Source: Hypanus sabinus (taxonomy: Eukaryota). From it: 64,000 nt of DNA. A program made the position numbers and the translations under genes. Positions 51,110 to 63,667 of this stretch are shown one piece after another; the stretch's first letter is position 1; every line of letters starts with the position of its first letter. The stretch covers positions 33,356,001-33,420,000 of the forward strand of contig NC_082735.1 of assembly GCF_030144855.1 (NCBI RefSeq), written 5' to 3'. Below the pieces are notes generated by a model. The model was not told the DNA's origin. It did not search any database and saw only the letters and a list, made by a program, of their open reading frames with translations.

Positions 51110-51465
51110 GGGTAAAGCATTTTCTCCTGTAATTGGAGGCTGTGTCCCCTGTTCTAGTCTCACCTACCAGTGGAAACAACTTTCCTGCCTCTGTCTCATC
51201 TATTCCTTTCATAATTTTATGTCTTTCTGTAAGAAACCCATTCATTCTGAATTACAGTGAGTATGGGCCCAGATAACTCAATCTCTCCTCATCGGCTTTG
51301 CCCCCTCCTCTGCAGAATCAACCTTCTGAACCTCCTCTGCACTGCCCCCGAGGCTTCTGTCTTTCCTCAAGTAAGGAGACAGGAACTCATGCAGCACTTG
51401 AGGTGAGTCGTCACCCATGCATTGTACAGTTGCAATGTAACCTCCCTCCTCTTAAATTCAGTCCC
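51110..51465 (-). mobile_element. CR1 LINE 3' fragment
   Basis: KIMKGID..GKLFPLVGETRTG(H) in ORF 51042..51245. Confidence 0.65.
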
Positions 51466-52989
51466 TGTGTATCATTGTGGCAGTTGTAAATACAAATATG
51501 GGTGATCATGCTTTTAATGTTTTTAATCTCCATAAAGTTTATTATATTGCAGCATCTCAGAAAGTGAAATGCTAAGATTTTGATGCTTTATTACCCAGAT
51601 TTAACTCATTAAAATGTCACCTATTGCATTCATTAAATGACCTGCTATCACATTGTTCCTTTGGATATTCCCTGCTGCCTGATAAATGGATGTAATTCTG
51701 TGGTTAATTTTGGGTATCAGGATAATTTTGAGGTGAATACTGAACACCCACAATGAAGTTTGACCTACTTATTGTTTCTTTCCATCGGCTCTTCTCACTT
51801 TGCAAAATATAAATGATCATATACTGTTAGTGTTGCAAATGAAACCCACAAAAGTGCCACAACAATTACTGTAAAGACATTTGACCAAGTAAGTGGCAAC
51901 TGATTTCTGAATGGATTTTGAACCGATGAATACTAGCTTATTACTTTTAATTATTATTTCTGCACTACTTATTTAACTTAACTATTTAATATATATTCTG
52001 TAATTCATGTTTCTTTTCTATTATTATATATTGTGTTGTACTGCTGCCACAAAGACAACAAATTTCATGACACATGCTACTGATAGTAAACCTTTTTCTG
52101 ATTCTGAATAGCAACTACAAATGCAGAAATAGCTTAAAATATTGGTACACTATTTCAGCTGGGCTTATAAAATCTAAATTTGAACCTACAAAATTTCCAG
52201 CTGAACTATTAGGTAATTAATGTATCGTTTTTGTATCGTTGGATCAAAATTCCACCTAGTCCATATCTTGAAATGTACAAAAATATACAAAGGATCAAAA
52301 ATGCAACATGAGATATTGCCTCTTCCTCTGGAAGTTACACCCAACTATTGATAACCAATTGACAAGCTTCTGGCTTGTATTGTTAAGTGACAATTAGATG
52401 CTTCCTAACTATTATTCTTGAAGGCCATTTAGGTCAAGAACCTGGAAGGGAAGTGTTGAACATCCTGCTTCAGAATGCTAACTCGTTTTAAAGTAATGAT
52501 GTTTGTTTTAAACTCTTGAAAAATCTTAAAAGTTCCTTTCCTCAGGCAGTTAATCTGATCAGCCATTCTAACGTATTAACTTGGTCACTGTAAACACTTT
52601 AAAATACCTTCTACAGTACTGCTAATATTGTAAATGCATGTTGGTATTTATGCACATTTTATTCCATATCCATTCTATAACCAAAACCTATATATAAAGA
52701 AAATCTTTCTAATTGTTGAATTTTTTTTGTTGCATGTTGTGCCAACACACCGCACCAAGTTCCCAAAATATGTAAATGTATACGGTAAGTAAGGTTGATC
52801 CTTGGAGTTGAAGCAGACTGAGTATATACAGCTTATCCTGAATTGTAGAGGTACAATGTTTCAGATCTGTGTATGGTAGACTGTGAGTGGGAGAGTGATG
52901 GAGGTTTAGAAAGCAGATAGAAAGAAGAACGCCTTTCATGATACACCAATCATTTTGAATATAGTGCAGACTTGATGGGTCAGTTCTTG

Positions 52990-53530
52990 CTTTATTATCA
53001 AAGTATTGTGAGCAGTTTTGGGCCCCTTATCTTAGAAAGGATGTGCTGAAACTGGAGAGGGTTCAAAGAAGGTTATTGAAAATGATTCGGAGATTGAAAG
53101 GCTTGTCACATGAGGAGCATTTGGCCCTGAACTTCTACTCACTGCAATTTAGAAGGATGAGGGGTGATGTCATTGAAACCTATTGAATGTTGAAAGGCTT
53201 CAATAGAGTGGATGTGGACAGGGTGTTTCCTATGGTCAGGGAGACTAAGACCAGAGGACACAGCCTCAGAATGGAGATGAAGAGGAAGTTCTTTAGCCAG
53301 AGGGTGGTGAGTCTGTGGAATTTGTTGACGTAGGCAGCTGCGGAGGCCAAGTCTTTGGGTATACTTAAAGCAGAAGTTGATGGATTCTTGATGAGTTGTT
53401 GCATGAAGGGATATGGGGAGAAAGTAAGAGATTGGGACTGAGAAGATGATAGATCAGCGATGATGAAATGGTGGAGCAGTTTTGATTGGCCAAATGGCCA
53501 AATGGCCTAATTCTGCTCCTATATCTTATG
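52990..53530 (+). mobile_element. CR1 LINE 3' end
   Basis: gcagttttgggccccttatct...ggccaaatggcctaattctgctcctatatcttatgg. Confidence 0.8.
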
Positions 53531-54994
53531 GATATTTATTTAATAGACACATTCTTTGGACAGTAACAGGTTGCTATGGATACTGAAAATCTGAAATAAA
53601 AGTAGAAAATACTGGGAAAATACCAGAAGGTAAGGTGGGATCTGTGAAGTCAGAAATAATGTTAACATTTCAAATCAATGGCTTTTCATCAGAAATGCTG
53701 CAAAATGTGTTTCCCTATCCTTTTAATCCATTAAAAAGCATGGAAAGTAGAGGCAGGGGTAGCGCATTCATTATTTAATACAATTGTGGCTAATTCTCTA
53801 TCTCAATACCACACTGCTCTCTTTCTAAACTTTTGTGTTCTGTATTTGAAAATGTATCTTAAATGTATTCAGTGTCTTGGCTTCTGTGGCCCTATATGGT
53901 AGATCTCTTCGCCTCAGTACTCAATGACTTAGCATTTTTCCTGTTCTGGACTCCTCAGTCAGGGGAAATCTCCTGCTTGTACCTGTCCGGATGAGTCCTG
54001 TCAGAATTTTGTATGTTTCATGTAAACAGTACAGCACAAAGGAGGCTATTTGGCCCTGCAGGAACCATGTACTTGTTCTCTGTCTGCATTGTATTCTGTG
54101 ATGCACATTTATTGTGGTAACTAATCACATTAGTGTGGGTGTGGTTAAAGCAAAGGGAATAAGTTGCGTATTCTTGCTTATTTGTAGCTTGGGACTGGCG
54201 GAGCTCATATCCTTGCTGACCTCTTAATATTGCTGAATAATGCTGAGTTTACATTTAGGTTTGCTTAACTTCATTGTTTCAAGATTGTATATTTGTTAAT
54301 TACTAATAAAGGATCAAAATAAAGTATTTGTTTGGAACAATCATTTCATTGGAGCTGAGAGTGCATGATGCAAGTTTAACAACCCTTTGGTGGTCGCAGG
54401 CTCGAGTAATTGTTGTCATTTTGGATTAGTTTTGCTGCTTACAGGCCCATTGTGTCCATATAGGTTCTCTATAGAGCAACTTTGTAGTTCCCAGCAACTT
54501 CATCGTAACTGTGCACATTATTCACTTCTGTTTTGAAATAATAGTGTTTGTGTTAGATCTGTAACCTCTTGTATTTATTTTCATCAGGGGTTTGTGATCT
54601 TTTTTATGCCATGGATCCTTGCCATTAGCCGATCTACATTATGCTGTTTACTGATCTACATGGGTCTTTACACCATTTATTTGTCCACTCACATAACTTT
54701 ACTAAATTACTTTGAAGTCTCTTTTATCCTCCTCACAATTTCCAATTTATTTAAGTTTCATATCATTGTCTTAGAGAAAAAAAACATACTTGATTTCTTC
54801 ATCCAAATTCTTGATATATATTGCTATCAGCTGGGGCTCACCAAATTCTGATTTCTTCTGTAGTACCCTCGAGTCACTGAGAAAGCCTCACTTATTACTT
54901 CTGTTTCCTGTCATTTATCCCTAGTTACATGTGTTTTAAATTTTGCATGCTAATTTCTTCTGTGATATTTTATCAAAATCCTAATGCAAAATTG

Positions 54995-56690
54995 TGGGAT
55001 TGAAAGGCTAGTCATAAGAGGAGCATTTGATGGTTCTGGGCTTTTGCTCACTAGAATTCAGAAGGATGAGGGGTGATCTCATTGAAACCTATCGAATGTT
55101 GAAAGGCCTCAACAGAGTGGATGTGGAGAGGATGTTTCCTGTGGTGGGAGAGTCTAAGACCAGAGGACATAGTCTCAGCGTAGAAGGGCGTCCTTCCAGA
55201 ACGGACATGAGGAATGTTTTAGCCATAGAGTGCTGTATCTGTGGAATTTGTTCCCACAGGCAGTTGTGGAGGCCTGGTCATTGGGTATATTTAAGGCAGA
55301 GGTTGATAGATTCTTGATTAGTCAGGGTATGAAGCGATATGGGGAGAAGGCAGGAGAATGAGGCTGAGAGGGTAAGTGGATCAGCCATGATGTAATGATA
55401 CAGCAGACTCGACTCAGAATCAGAATCAGGTTTATTATCACTGGCATGTGACATCTGGCATGTGCAGCAGCAGTTCAAAAAAAAACATAATAAATAAACA
55501 AGTAAATCAATTGTGTATTGAATAGATTTTAAAAATGTGTAAGAACAGAAATACTGTATATTTTTTTTAAAAAAATGTGAGGTAGTGTCCAAGGATTCAA
55601 TGTCTAATTTAGGAATCGGATGGCAGAGAGGAAGAAGCTGTTCCTGAATTGCTGAGTGTGTGCCTTCAGGCTTCTGTACCTCCTTCCTGATGGTAACAGT
55701 GAGAAAAGGGCATGTCCTGGGTGCTGGAGGTCCTTAATAATGGACACTGCCTTACTGAGACACTGCTCCTTAAAGATGTCCTGGGTACTTTGTAGGCTAG
55801 TGTCCAAGATTGGTAGCCCGCCCCCCCCCCCCCCCCCCCCCGATACCAGACAGTGATGCAGCCTGTCAGAATGCTTTCCACGGTACAACTATAGAAGTTT
55901 TTGTAGGAAACTTCTGTAGGAAAAATTTACCAAGAATAGTCATGGTCTTGGAAAGGCAACAGTCACCCACGTCATTTGACGCGGCGCATAACGAGCGAAC
56001 GGGGTATTGACTGAAATTAAGATAATGATCATGACAGCATCAGCAGTAAGGACAATGAGAGATTGAGAACAAGACCAGTTTATGCAAAAACAATGGATCA
56101 TGTATTATAAAATTCATTTTTTATTAATTAACATAAACATTTAAAATGTAAGTATCAGCATAAACTAATACATTTCAGAGTGACAGTGTATTTATTGAGA
56201 GTATCCTTGGGGCAAGAATCAATGTATCTACAGTGCAGTGTAGGGAAGTGTATGGTCGTGCACTGTCGTAGAAGGAATAAAGGTGTAGACTATTTTCTGA
56301 ATGGGAGCAAATTCAGAAATCAGAGTTGAGAAGGACTTTGGAAGTGGGGGATCTCATTGAAACGTAGAGTGAACGTGAGAGGATGTTTCCAATAGTGGGA
56401 GAGTGTAGGACCAGAGGGCACAATCTCACAATAGATGAGCGTCCCTTGAAAACAGAAATGAGTAGGAAATATTTTTATCCAGAGGATGGAGAGTCTGTGG
56501 AATTCCTTGGCAGAGACGACTGTGTTTGTTGGCCAAGTCATTGAGTATATTTAAAGAGGAGGTCAAATGTTACGGGCAGAAGGCAGGAAAATGGGGTTGT
56601 GAGGGATAATAAATCAGCCTTGGTGAAATTGTGGAGCAAAATTGAAGGGCCAAATGGCTTCATTCTGTTCTTATATCTTATGGTCTTAAG
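54995..56690. mobile_element. CR1 (+, 54995-55410 and 56160-56690) and Rex1-like (-, 55412-55900) fragments
   Basis: SLEFRRMRGDLIETYRMLKGLNRVD...GESKTRGHSL (CR1); IIKDLQHPGHALFSLLPSGRRYRSL...RNSFFLSAIRFLN (Rex1-like). Confidence 0.8.
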
Positions 56691-57627
56691 TTAGCCAAGG
56701 GTGCAGTTAAACATGTGAATAACAGCAATGTTTTGAATTGACATTATGAGATGGCACCTTACCATAAAGTCAAACTTGATCTTCTAATTTATAGTTGAGC
56801 CGTCATTGTGGATTTTATACAAGGAATCCTTGCTGTAGAAACCACAAATTATTAAACACTAAACAAAGATGATCCATTCACTTTTAATATTATACCTGTT
56901 AGCTTTCAAATTTACGTTAGATTGAAAATAGAGCCTTTAATCTCCTTGGTATGAGCACGGGTGAATTTTAAATTCCCACTGTAGAAAAGCAGGACAACTG
57001 ATGCCTTTGAATCAATAAGATCAGGAGCTCACTAACATAAAGGTTTATTTTAACAGTGAGAAGAACTAAGCCTTTTGATTACTATCATTGACTAAGTAAC
57101 TTTCTGTGGACTAGCGCAGTTATTTAGCTGGTGCGGACCAAAGGAATTAGTTCAGAGGCAGAAATGTTCCTACGTCAATGAAGTGGGAAGATCCAGGTTA
57201 ATCTCACAACCTCCTGTGTGAAAATTTTATCAGAAGCAAACTGTGTCCCTACAGCATAGAAAGATAGTACATCTTTCTTAAAAGGAATTTGTTTGGTGAT
57301 TGAGATGATGTTGAGGAGCTTTGCTCCAATGAAAGCAGTAAATAAAATCAGTACTTGGCACACCAAAATTGGAAGTTTGATCTGAGCTTGGATTTCTTTA
57401 ATGTAGTAAAATGCCCAAAGTTGTATAGGAGGGATTTTAGTTTGAAAAAAGTTGAAAGTTTAACTTGAATGTAAACTAACTGGTTCATCAGACAGTGAAT
57501 ATATATACTGTTGCAAGAATAAGTTTGTGAACCCTTTGCAATTACCTGATTTTCTGCATTAATTACTCATAAAATGTGAATGCTGCCTGACCTGCTGAGT
57601 TCCTCCAGCTCTTTGTGTTTATTACAA

Positions 57628-57798
57628 GTTCGAAACTGTTTGGCAACAGTCTCCTGCCCCAATTAAGCGATCATAGGGTCCCAAATAAACAAAGAGGATC
57701 CTGGCTATTTTATTGATCAGTTTTTGTTCTTTAAGAGTTGTCCCAAATAAGTGGCTACACCAATTAACTGATGGAGCAAACTAACTGGAATCCACTGC
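57628..57798 (-). mobile_element. Tigger TIR fragment (adjacent Tc1-like TIR fragment ~57506-57578)
   Basis: gttgtcccaaataagtggctacaccaattaactga...ggaatccactg; aagtttgtgaaccctttg. Confidence 0.6.
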
Positions 57799-58290
57799 AT
57801 TGTCATATGAAATTCAGTCCAAGCCCTACTTTGTGTTGTTAACCTGTGCTTCAATATTTCATTGAATTAAAAAAATGTATTTTTCTTGTATGCGTTTTTA
57901 AAACTAAAAATTGATACTAAAGAAAAGGTACATATTGGTCATGTGATCTGGATACTGATGAAAGACTATTTCATTAAACTGGAAATGTGTATAGTTGGTA
58001 TCTTTTTACCTCACAACTGCAATATTAATTATATCAGATTAAAGGTAAAATATAAAATATATTTACATCAATGAGTTGTTTACAACACCAGTACCCCTGT
58101 AATATCACAAGAAAACAGGAAGAACATGAAAACCACTAGGTAGTTGGTATAAAATTTTACTGAATATATTTTTCTGCATAATTTTAATGCAATAATTTCT
58201 TCATTGGGACTCTATTAATAAGTTGTGCATATGTTATATTCTTGGTAAACTACCAGAGACGTTCAAGGTTAAATTATTATCAAAGTACAC

Positions 58291-58593
58291 GTTACTCACT
58301 TATTGTCCGTCCTGCCGCTGGTGCTTAAGGCAGCAATGAAGGTCCTCCATTTTCATTGCTGCTTCTGTAACAATTTTCTTTTGACCAGCCAGGGTTGTGA
58401 GCCCTGAGCTGAACCCCTGAACCTGGAGGACAGGTAGACCCTCTTAGTCTGGCCTCTACCTTTTGATCTGCTTGGCATGGGTGACCCTACCAAGAATCAA
58501 AGCACAAGGCCCTGACTCTAGCCAACATAGCTCCTAGGTCATTGAGGCATGCAAGCCTCCAAACCTTATGACAAGGTTATGGTCCTCTTAGAG
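58291..58593 (-). mobile_element. Internally deleted RTE derivative inserted in a Rex1-like 3' UTR (58260-59070)
   Basis: RTE-type 5' head (ccttgtcataagg...ggtagggtcacccatgcc) fused to a 3' end (WRTFIAAL...taagtgagtaa); flanked by AAAGTAC repeat. Confidence 0.55.
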
Positions 58594-60469
58594 AAAAGTA
58601 CTATATGTCACCATATATATCCCTGAGATTTGTTTGCTTGCAGGCATACTCATTAAATCCAAGAAATCAATACAATCAATGGAAGACTACACCCAACAGG
58701 ATGGAAAAACAACCAATGTACAAAAGACACCAAACTATGCAAATAGAAAAGTAATAATAAATAAGCAATAAAAATAAGGAACATGAAATGAAGACTCCTT
58801 GAAAGTGAGTCCAAAGGTTGTCGGAACAGTTCAGTGATGGAGCAAGTGAAATTGAATGAAATTATTTAAGTTCAAGTTTAATTGTCATTCAACCATACAT
58901 GAACACAGCCAAACGAAGTCACGTTATTGTTATCCCCACTGGTTCAAGAGCCTGATGGTTGAGGGGTAATATCGGTTCCTGAAGCTGGTGGTGTGAGTTC
59001 TGAGGCTCCTGTACTTCCTTCCTGATGGTGGCAGCAAGAAGAGAGCATGTCCTGGATGGTGGAGGTCCTTTACCCGTGAAGGACTGAGCTGTATTTGCTG
59101 CTACTTGTAGGATTTTTTTCTACAAATCCTTTCAGAGTCCTGTTTATTTCATTACTTTTAATTAATATTTTGTATTTATGAAAATATTGCATGATATTCA
59201 GTGGCAGCTTGATCCTTGAAAACTGCCTGTAATATGCAATGCATTATAGCACTTAATGGCCTATAAAATTAGTTTTCAGTTTTGTTCCTTGACCACAAAG
59301 ACAGTGGACGTGGTGGAATAGGGAGGACACAAGCCACTCTCTAGAGTCACAAAAGTGTGTTTCAAAGGGTGTATTGCCTGACAGGACATGTCCATGAGAC
59401 TGGAAAGCATTAGAATCCAGTGTTATGGTCCAATAATATAAGAAATAAATTAACAAAAGGATTTAGCTGAGAGAGTTTAAGGAGCCAAGGTCTAAGTTAA
59501 CAAGCTGAAGAACAATGGTGGTAATGCCTGTATTTTGACCGGAAATGTTTGTAAATTGCTAGGGTGTCACACAGATGGGAGAGTTGTACTTGTGGCTCAA
59601 AGTGTAGTGTGGAAGTAAGCTGTTTTGATTCAAGGGACACTTGGACCAGTACTGGGAAAAGGAGCTGTTTCTTTTGGACAGGCTCACTTGAATTGTACTG
59701 GTTAGCCTAGTAATTAAACAATTTTGTCCTGAAGTTTCTGGATGATGAGACCAAATATCATTCAATAATTTTTAATTAAATTTTGTGTAACCTATTCTGT
59801 TGTATTTTTAAGGCAATTATTGACAATGGGAACTTCTGCAGAGGAGTTAGCAGTTCAGTAATTGAACATGTGACAGTTTGTTTTGTACCATACTGTCTCC
59901 AAAACTAAACTTCTTTCAGGGCAATTTTTAAAAATGCATTTAAAGAATAAATCTCACACAAACTGGGCTAAAAACCTATTAACAAACACTAAAATAAAAC
60001 ACTTTTTGAACATGCAGTTAATCCGTTGTAGAGTAATATTGTCTCAGCATCTGTTAGGAAACTTATTTCTTTAAAATGCAATGTGATTTTTTTTTTTTCT
60101 CTGCACATTGGGTGTACGACTGTCTTTTTCTATGGTTTCCTGTCTGTATATTGGGCATTTGGATTTTTTTTATATATGGGTTCTTCTAGGTTTCTTCATT
60201 TTGTGGCTGCCTGTTAGGAGCGATCTCAAGGTTTTATAGTGAATACATACTTTGATAATAAATATACTTCGAGCTTTGCATTTTCATTCTTCTGGCACTC
60301 TTTTTGCAGTGCAAAACTGCTGCCAAATTATTATCAAAAGGTGTGCAATATGTGAAGTTCTTCTGCAGTGAGTTTTAATATTGAAAAACAGCAGCTCCTC
60401 TTCACTGGCTGAATACTCAACAATGTCCAAAGTGCAGCTATACGGGGAAAACCAGTGATGTTGTTACGT

Positions 60470-61010
60470 GAGCATCACAATGGTAGCATTGTGGTTAGCG
60501 CAGCACTGTTACAGCTCGGGGCATTGCAGCTTTGAAACTTCAATTCCAGTGCCATTTGTAACGAGTTTGTGCATTCTTCCCATGAACCATGTCAGTCAAT
60601 TGGTCATTGTGATTGTCCCGTGATTAGGCAAGAGTTAAGTAGGTGGGTTGCTGGGCAGAACAGCTCACTGGGCCACAAGGGCCTGTTCCACGTTGTATCT
60701 CTGAATAAATAAGAAGGGGCACCATGGCAGTGTAGCTGTTAGTGTGATGCTATTGCAGTTTGGCCAGTCAGAGTTCTGAATTCAATTCTGGCATCCTCCA
60801 TAAGAGGATGCGTGTTTCCTCTGGGAGCTTTGGTTTCTTCCCACAGTCCAAAGATGTACTGGTAATTAAGTTAAATGGTCATTGTAATTTATCCTCTGAT
60901 TGGGCAATCGTTAAGTAATTCTGAATAAAGAGTTGGGTTGCTGGGCAGCCAGGCTTGTTGGGCTGGAGGGGGTTTGTTTCACACTGTATCTCCATGTAAA
61001 TAAAATAAAA
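60470..61010 (+). mobile_element. Two tandem tRNA-derived SINEs
   Basis: Heads ggtagcattgtggttagc and ggcagtgtagctgttag, B-box-like ttcaattcc, tails tgtatctc...aaataaa. Confidence 0.65.
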
Positions 61011-62010
61011 TAGTATGTCTCATCTGCTGTTGTTACTCTTTGTGCAACTTTAAGAAGCAGTGTTACAATAATGATCATCGGGGTCTCTCTCGCACCCATC
61101 AGATATATTTATCAGGAGTGCTGCCTCTGCAGGGCCCTTAGCATCCCATCCTTCCAACAATCTTTCACCCCCCCCCCCCCACCCACGTTATCGGGCCGGA
61201 AGTACTGTAGCATTAGGACATGAACTGTTACGATAGGAAACAGCTTCTTCCCTTAGACCGTGCGACTACTCCACCCAGACCTCATCATGTTTGAAGTGCT
61301 ACTAGTCTTACACTGTTTATTTTCTAATTAGTATTGTACAGGCACTTTGTGTTAAATGTACTGTGTTGTGCACCTTGATCCGGAGAAAAGTTGTCTCGTT
61401 TGGTGTTATAAATGTATACGGTTGAATGAGAATAAATTTGAACTTGTTTTAGGCCAAAAAAAGTGGCGTGGAGCTTTTGTGTATGTTTAGGGTAATTCAC
61501 ATTAGACATTAAAATATCTTTGCCAAGTTGAAACAGAAGGTTTTAGGCAAACGTTTAGAGTGACTTTCCTTCAGTCGTTCGATCCCAGTGAATTTTCTGT
61601 TGTAATTTTGCAGCATTCTGTTGGGTATAATAGATTTGGATGACAAAAGATTATTGAATCCCACAGATTTGGATTACTTTCTCCATTGTAATTCTGTGGT
61701 TGTTAGATTGGATTATAATGAGGTCGGACTTGAATTCTGGTGTTGCAGCATACATTGGCCACATCCTCAAATGGAAAGCTAATCCACAATATCTTCTCAG
61801 TTTCATTATATCGATGTCAGCTGTTACTATCTTTTTCCAATTACTGTTCTCGTGGTTAGTTAAAATTAGTGGTTACAAGAGGTGTTTTAAGTTCTTTACC
61901 TGTTCATTGTTTTTCTTTTTCTGACTCTTGAAAGGTTCGGGCATTGTTGGTATTCTCGACCACTACACAGGTGCTCATTCATGTTTGAGTCTAGACAGAA
62001 AGTGCACTAT

Positions 62011-62172
62011 CCACAAAATGCTTGAGGAACTCGGCAGGCCAGGCAGCATCATGGAAAAGAGTAAATGTCGACTGTTATCCTTTTACATTGAGGCTGCCTG
62101 ACCTGCTAAGTTCCTCCGGTGTTTCGTGTGTGTTGCTTTGGATTTCCAGCATTTGCAGATGTTCTTGTGTTG
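62011..62172 (+). mobile_element. Hairpin mini-element derived from PLE terminal repeats
   Basis: Imperfect inverted arms centred on GTCGAC, unpaired tail, TSD AGAAA(G/A)TGCACTAT (61997-62010/62173-62186). Confidence 0.75.
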
Positions 62173-62464
62173 AGAAAATGCACTATGACTAGTATGGTTA
62201 TCACAGCCAGAATAGACTCCATCCTCAAGTTAGTCAGATTTTTTTCCATGGTTTCTTGCCCACATTGCTCTTCAGGGTCTGGTAGCTTGTGTGTATCTTC
62301 ATCAGAATGCAGTTTTGTAGACCTGGTCAGGCTCATAATAGTGCTGAAAAAGATCATTTGATCCATATAGTCCAACACCATGAATTTAGTGAATGTACTT
62401 AATTTGATAAAATTTAAAGGTTTGCCTTTACAATTTAGCCGTAACTTTATTTATATTTAAATTT

Positions 62465-62820
62465 TATTTAGAGATACAGTGCAGAATAGGCCCTTCTGGA
62501 CCTTCAAGCCACACCAGCCAGCAAATCCAGATTTAATCCTAGACCAGACATTCCCAACCTGGGATCCACGACCCTCTCGGTTAACGATAGGCTCTATGAC
62601 ATTTTAAAAAAAAAAGATTGGGAACCCCTGCCCTAGCCTAATTAAGAAACAATTTACAATAACCGATTAACATACTAACCAGTGCACCTTCAGACTGTGA
62701 AAGGAAGTCAAAGGATCCGGAAAAAAAATACACATTTCCCAGGGAGGACGTACAAACTCCTTACAGGTGACTTCGGAATTGAACTCTGAACCCCAATCCC
62801 CGAGTTGTAAAAGTGTCGCA
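62465..62820 (-). mobile_element. tRNA-SINE with nested hAT-like MITE (62545-62630)
   Basis: Antisense of the 41.0-kb SINE; MITE TIR ttcccaacctgg / ttgggaacccctg with (t/c)cctag(a/c)c flanks. Confidence 0.6.
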
Positions 62821-63363
62821 ACTTCTAGCTTTATTTACCGTGTTAGTTATTTACAAGCAGCCTGCCAGTTGTGGGTTCAATGTCAGCTAGGAGTCCGCTC
62901 AGATTGGTTGTTTGAAAATTACATTCAGCAGAGGCCGAATCACTACTGGTGAATTTGGGAGTATGTAAGTGAATAGTTTTACTGACTATACTGTGTTGTT
63001 TTCCCAGACTGCAGCTTCATCTGAATACAATATGTACGAGGTGAGGTCATTTGGTGAGCATAAGAACTTGGGGAATGAGTTTTTAGAATTGAAACAAAAA
63101 AGAAACTAGCTCGAAATTAGCAGGAAAATTTTGACTTAAACCAAAATTACATGAGGTTAAAAGTGTAAAATTTATGTTCATAATTTGAACAAAATTATTA
63201 ATCAATTTTAAGAACTATAAATGGATAATTGAGTAATAATACTTAATAACATATCAAAACAACATCAATCAGTTAAGTAAGGAAAATAATGATTTTAAAA
63301 ATAAGAAAGAGATGGCCAGTAATGTGCTCTGTCTATAGCGGACAGGAGATTATACAGCAACAC

Positions 63364-63667
63364 ACCAGTCCTGCTGAAGGGATTTGGCCTGAAATGTTGA
63401 CTGTACTCTTTTCGATTAGATGCTGCTTGGCCTGCTGAGTTTCTCCAGCATTTTATGTGTGTTTGGATTTCCAGCATCTGCAGATTTTCTCTTGTTTGGG
63501 AGATTGTGGCAGGGGATTCTCCCCCCTTCCTTTTCGGTCCTGAAGAAGGGTCTCGGCCTCAAACGTCGACTATTCATTTCCATAGATGCTGCCTGACCTG
63601 CTGAGTTCCTCCAGCTTTTTGTGTGTGTTGCTTTGGATTTCCAGCATCTGCAGACTTCCTTGTGTTG
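63364..63667 (+). mobile_element. Two tandem PLE terminal repeats with mutated hammerheads
   Basis: CAGTC-CTGCTGA...GAAATGTT-GACTG and GGTC-CTGAAGA-AGGGTCTCGGCCT-CAAACGTC-GACT, each followed by ...tttccagcatctgcaga tail. Confidence 0.75.
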
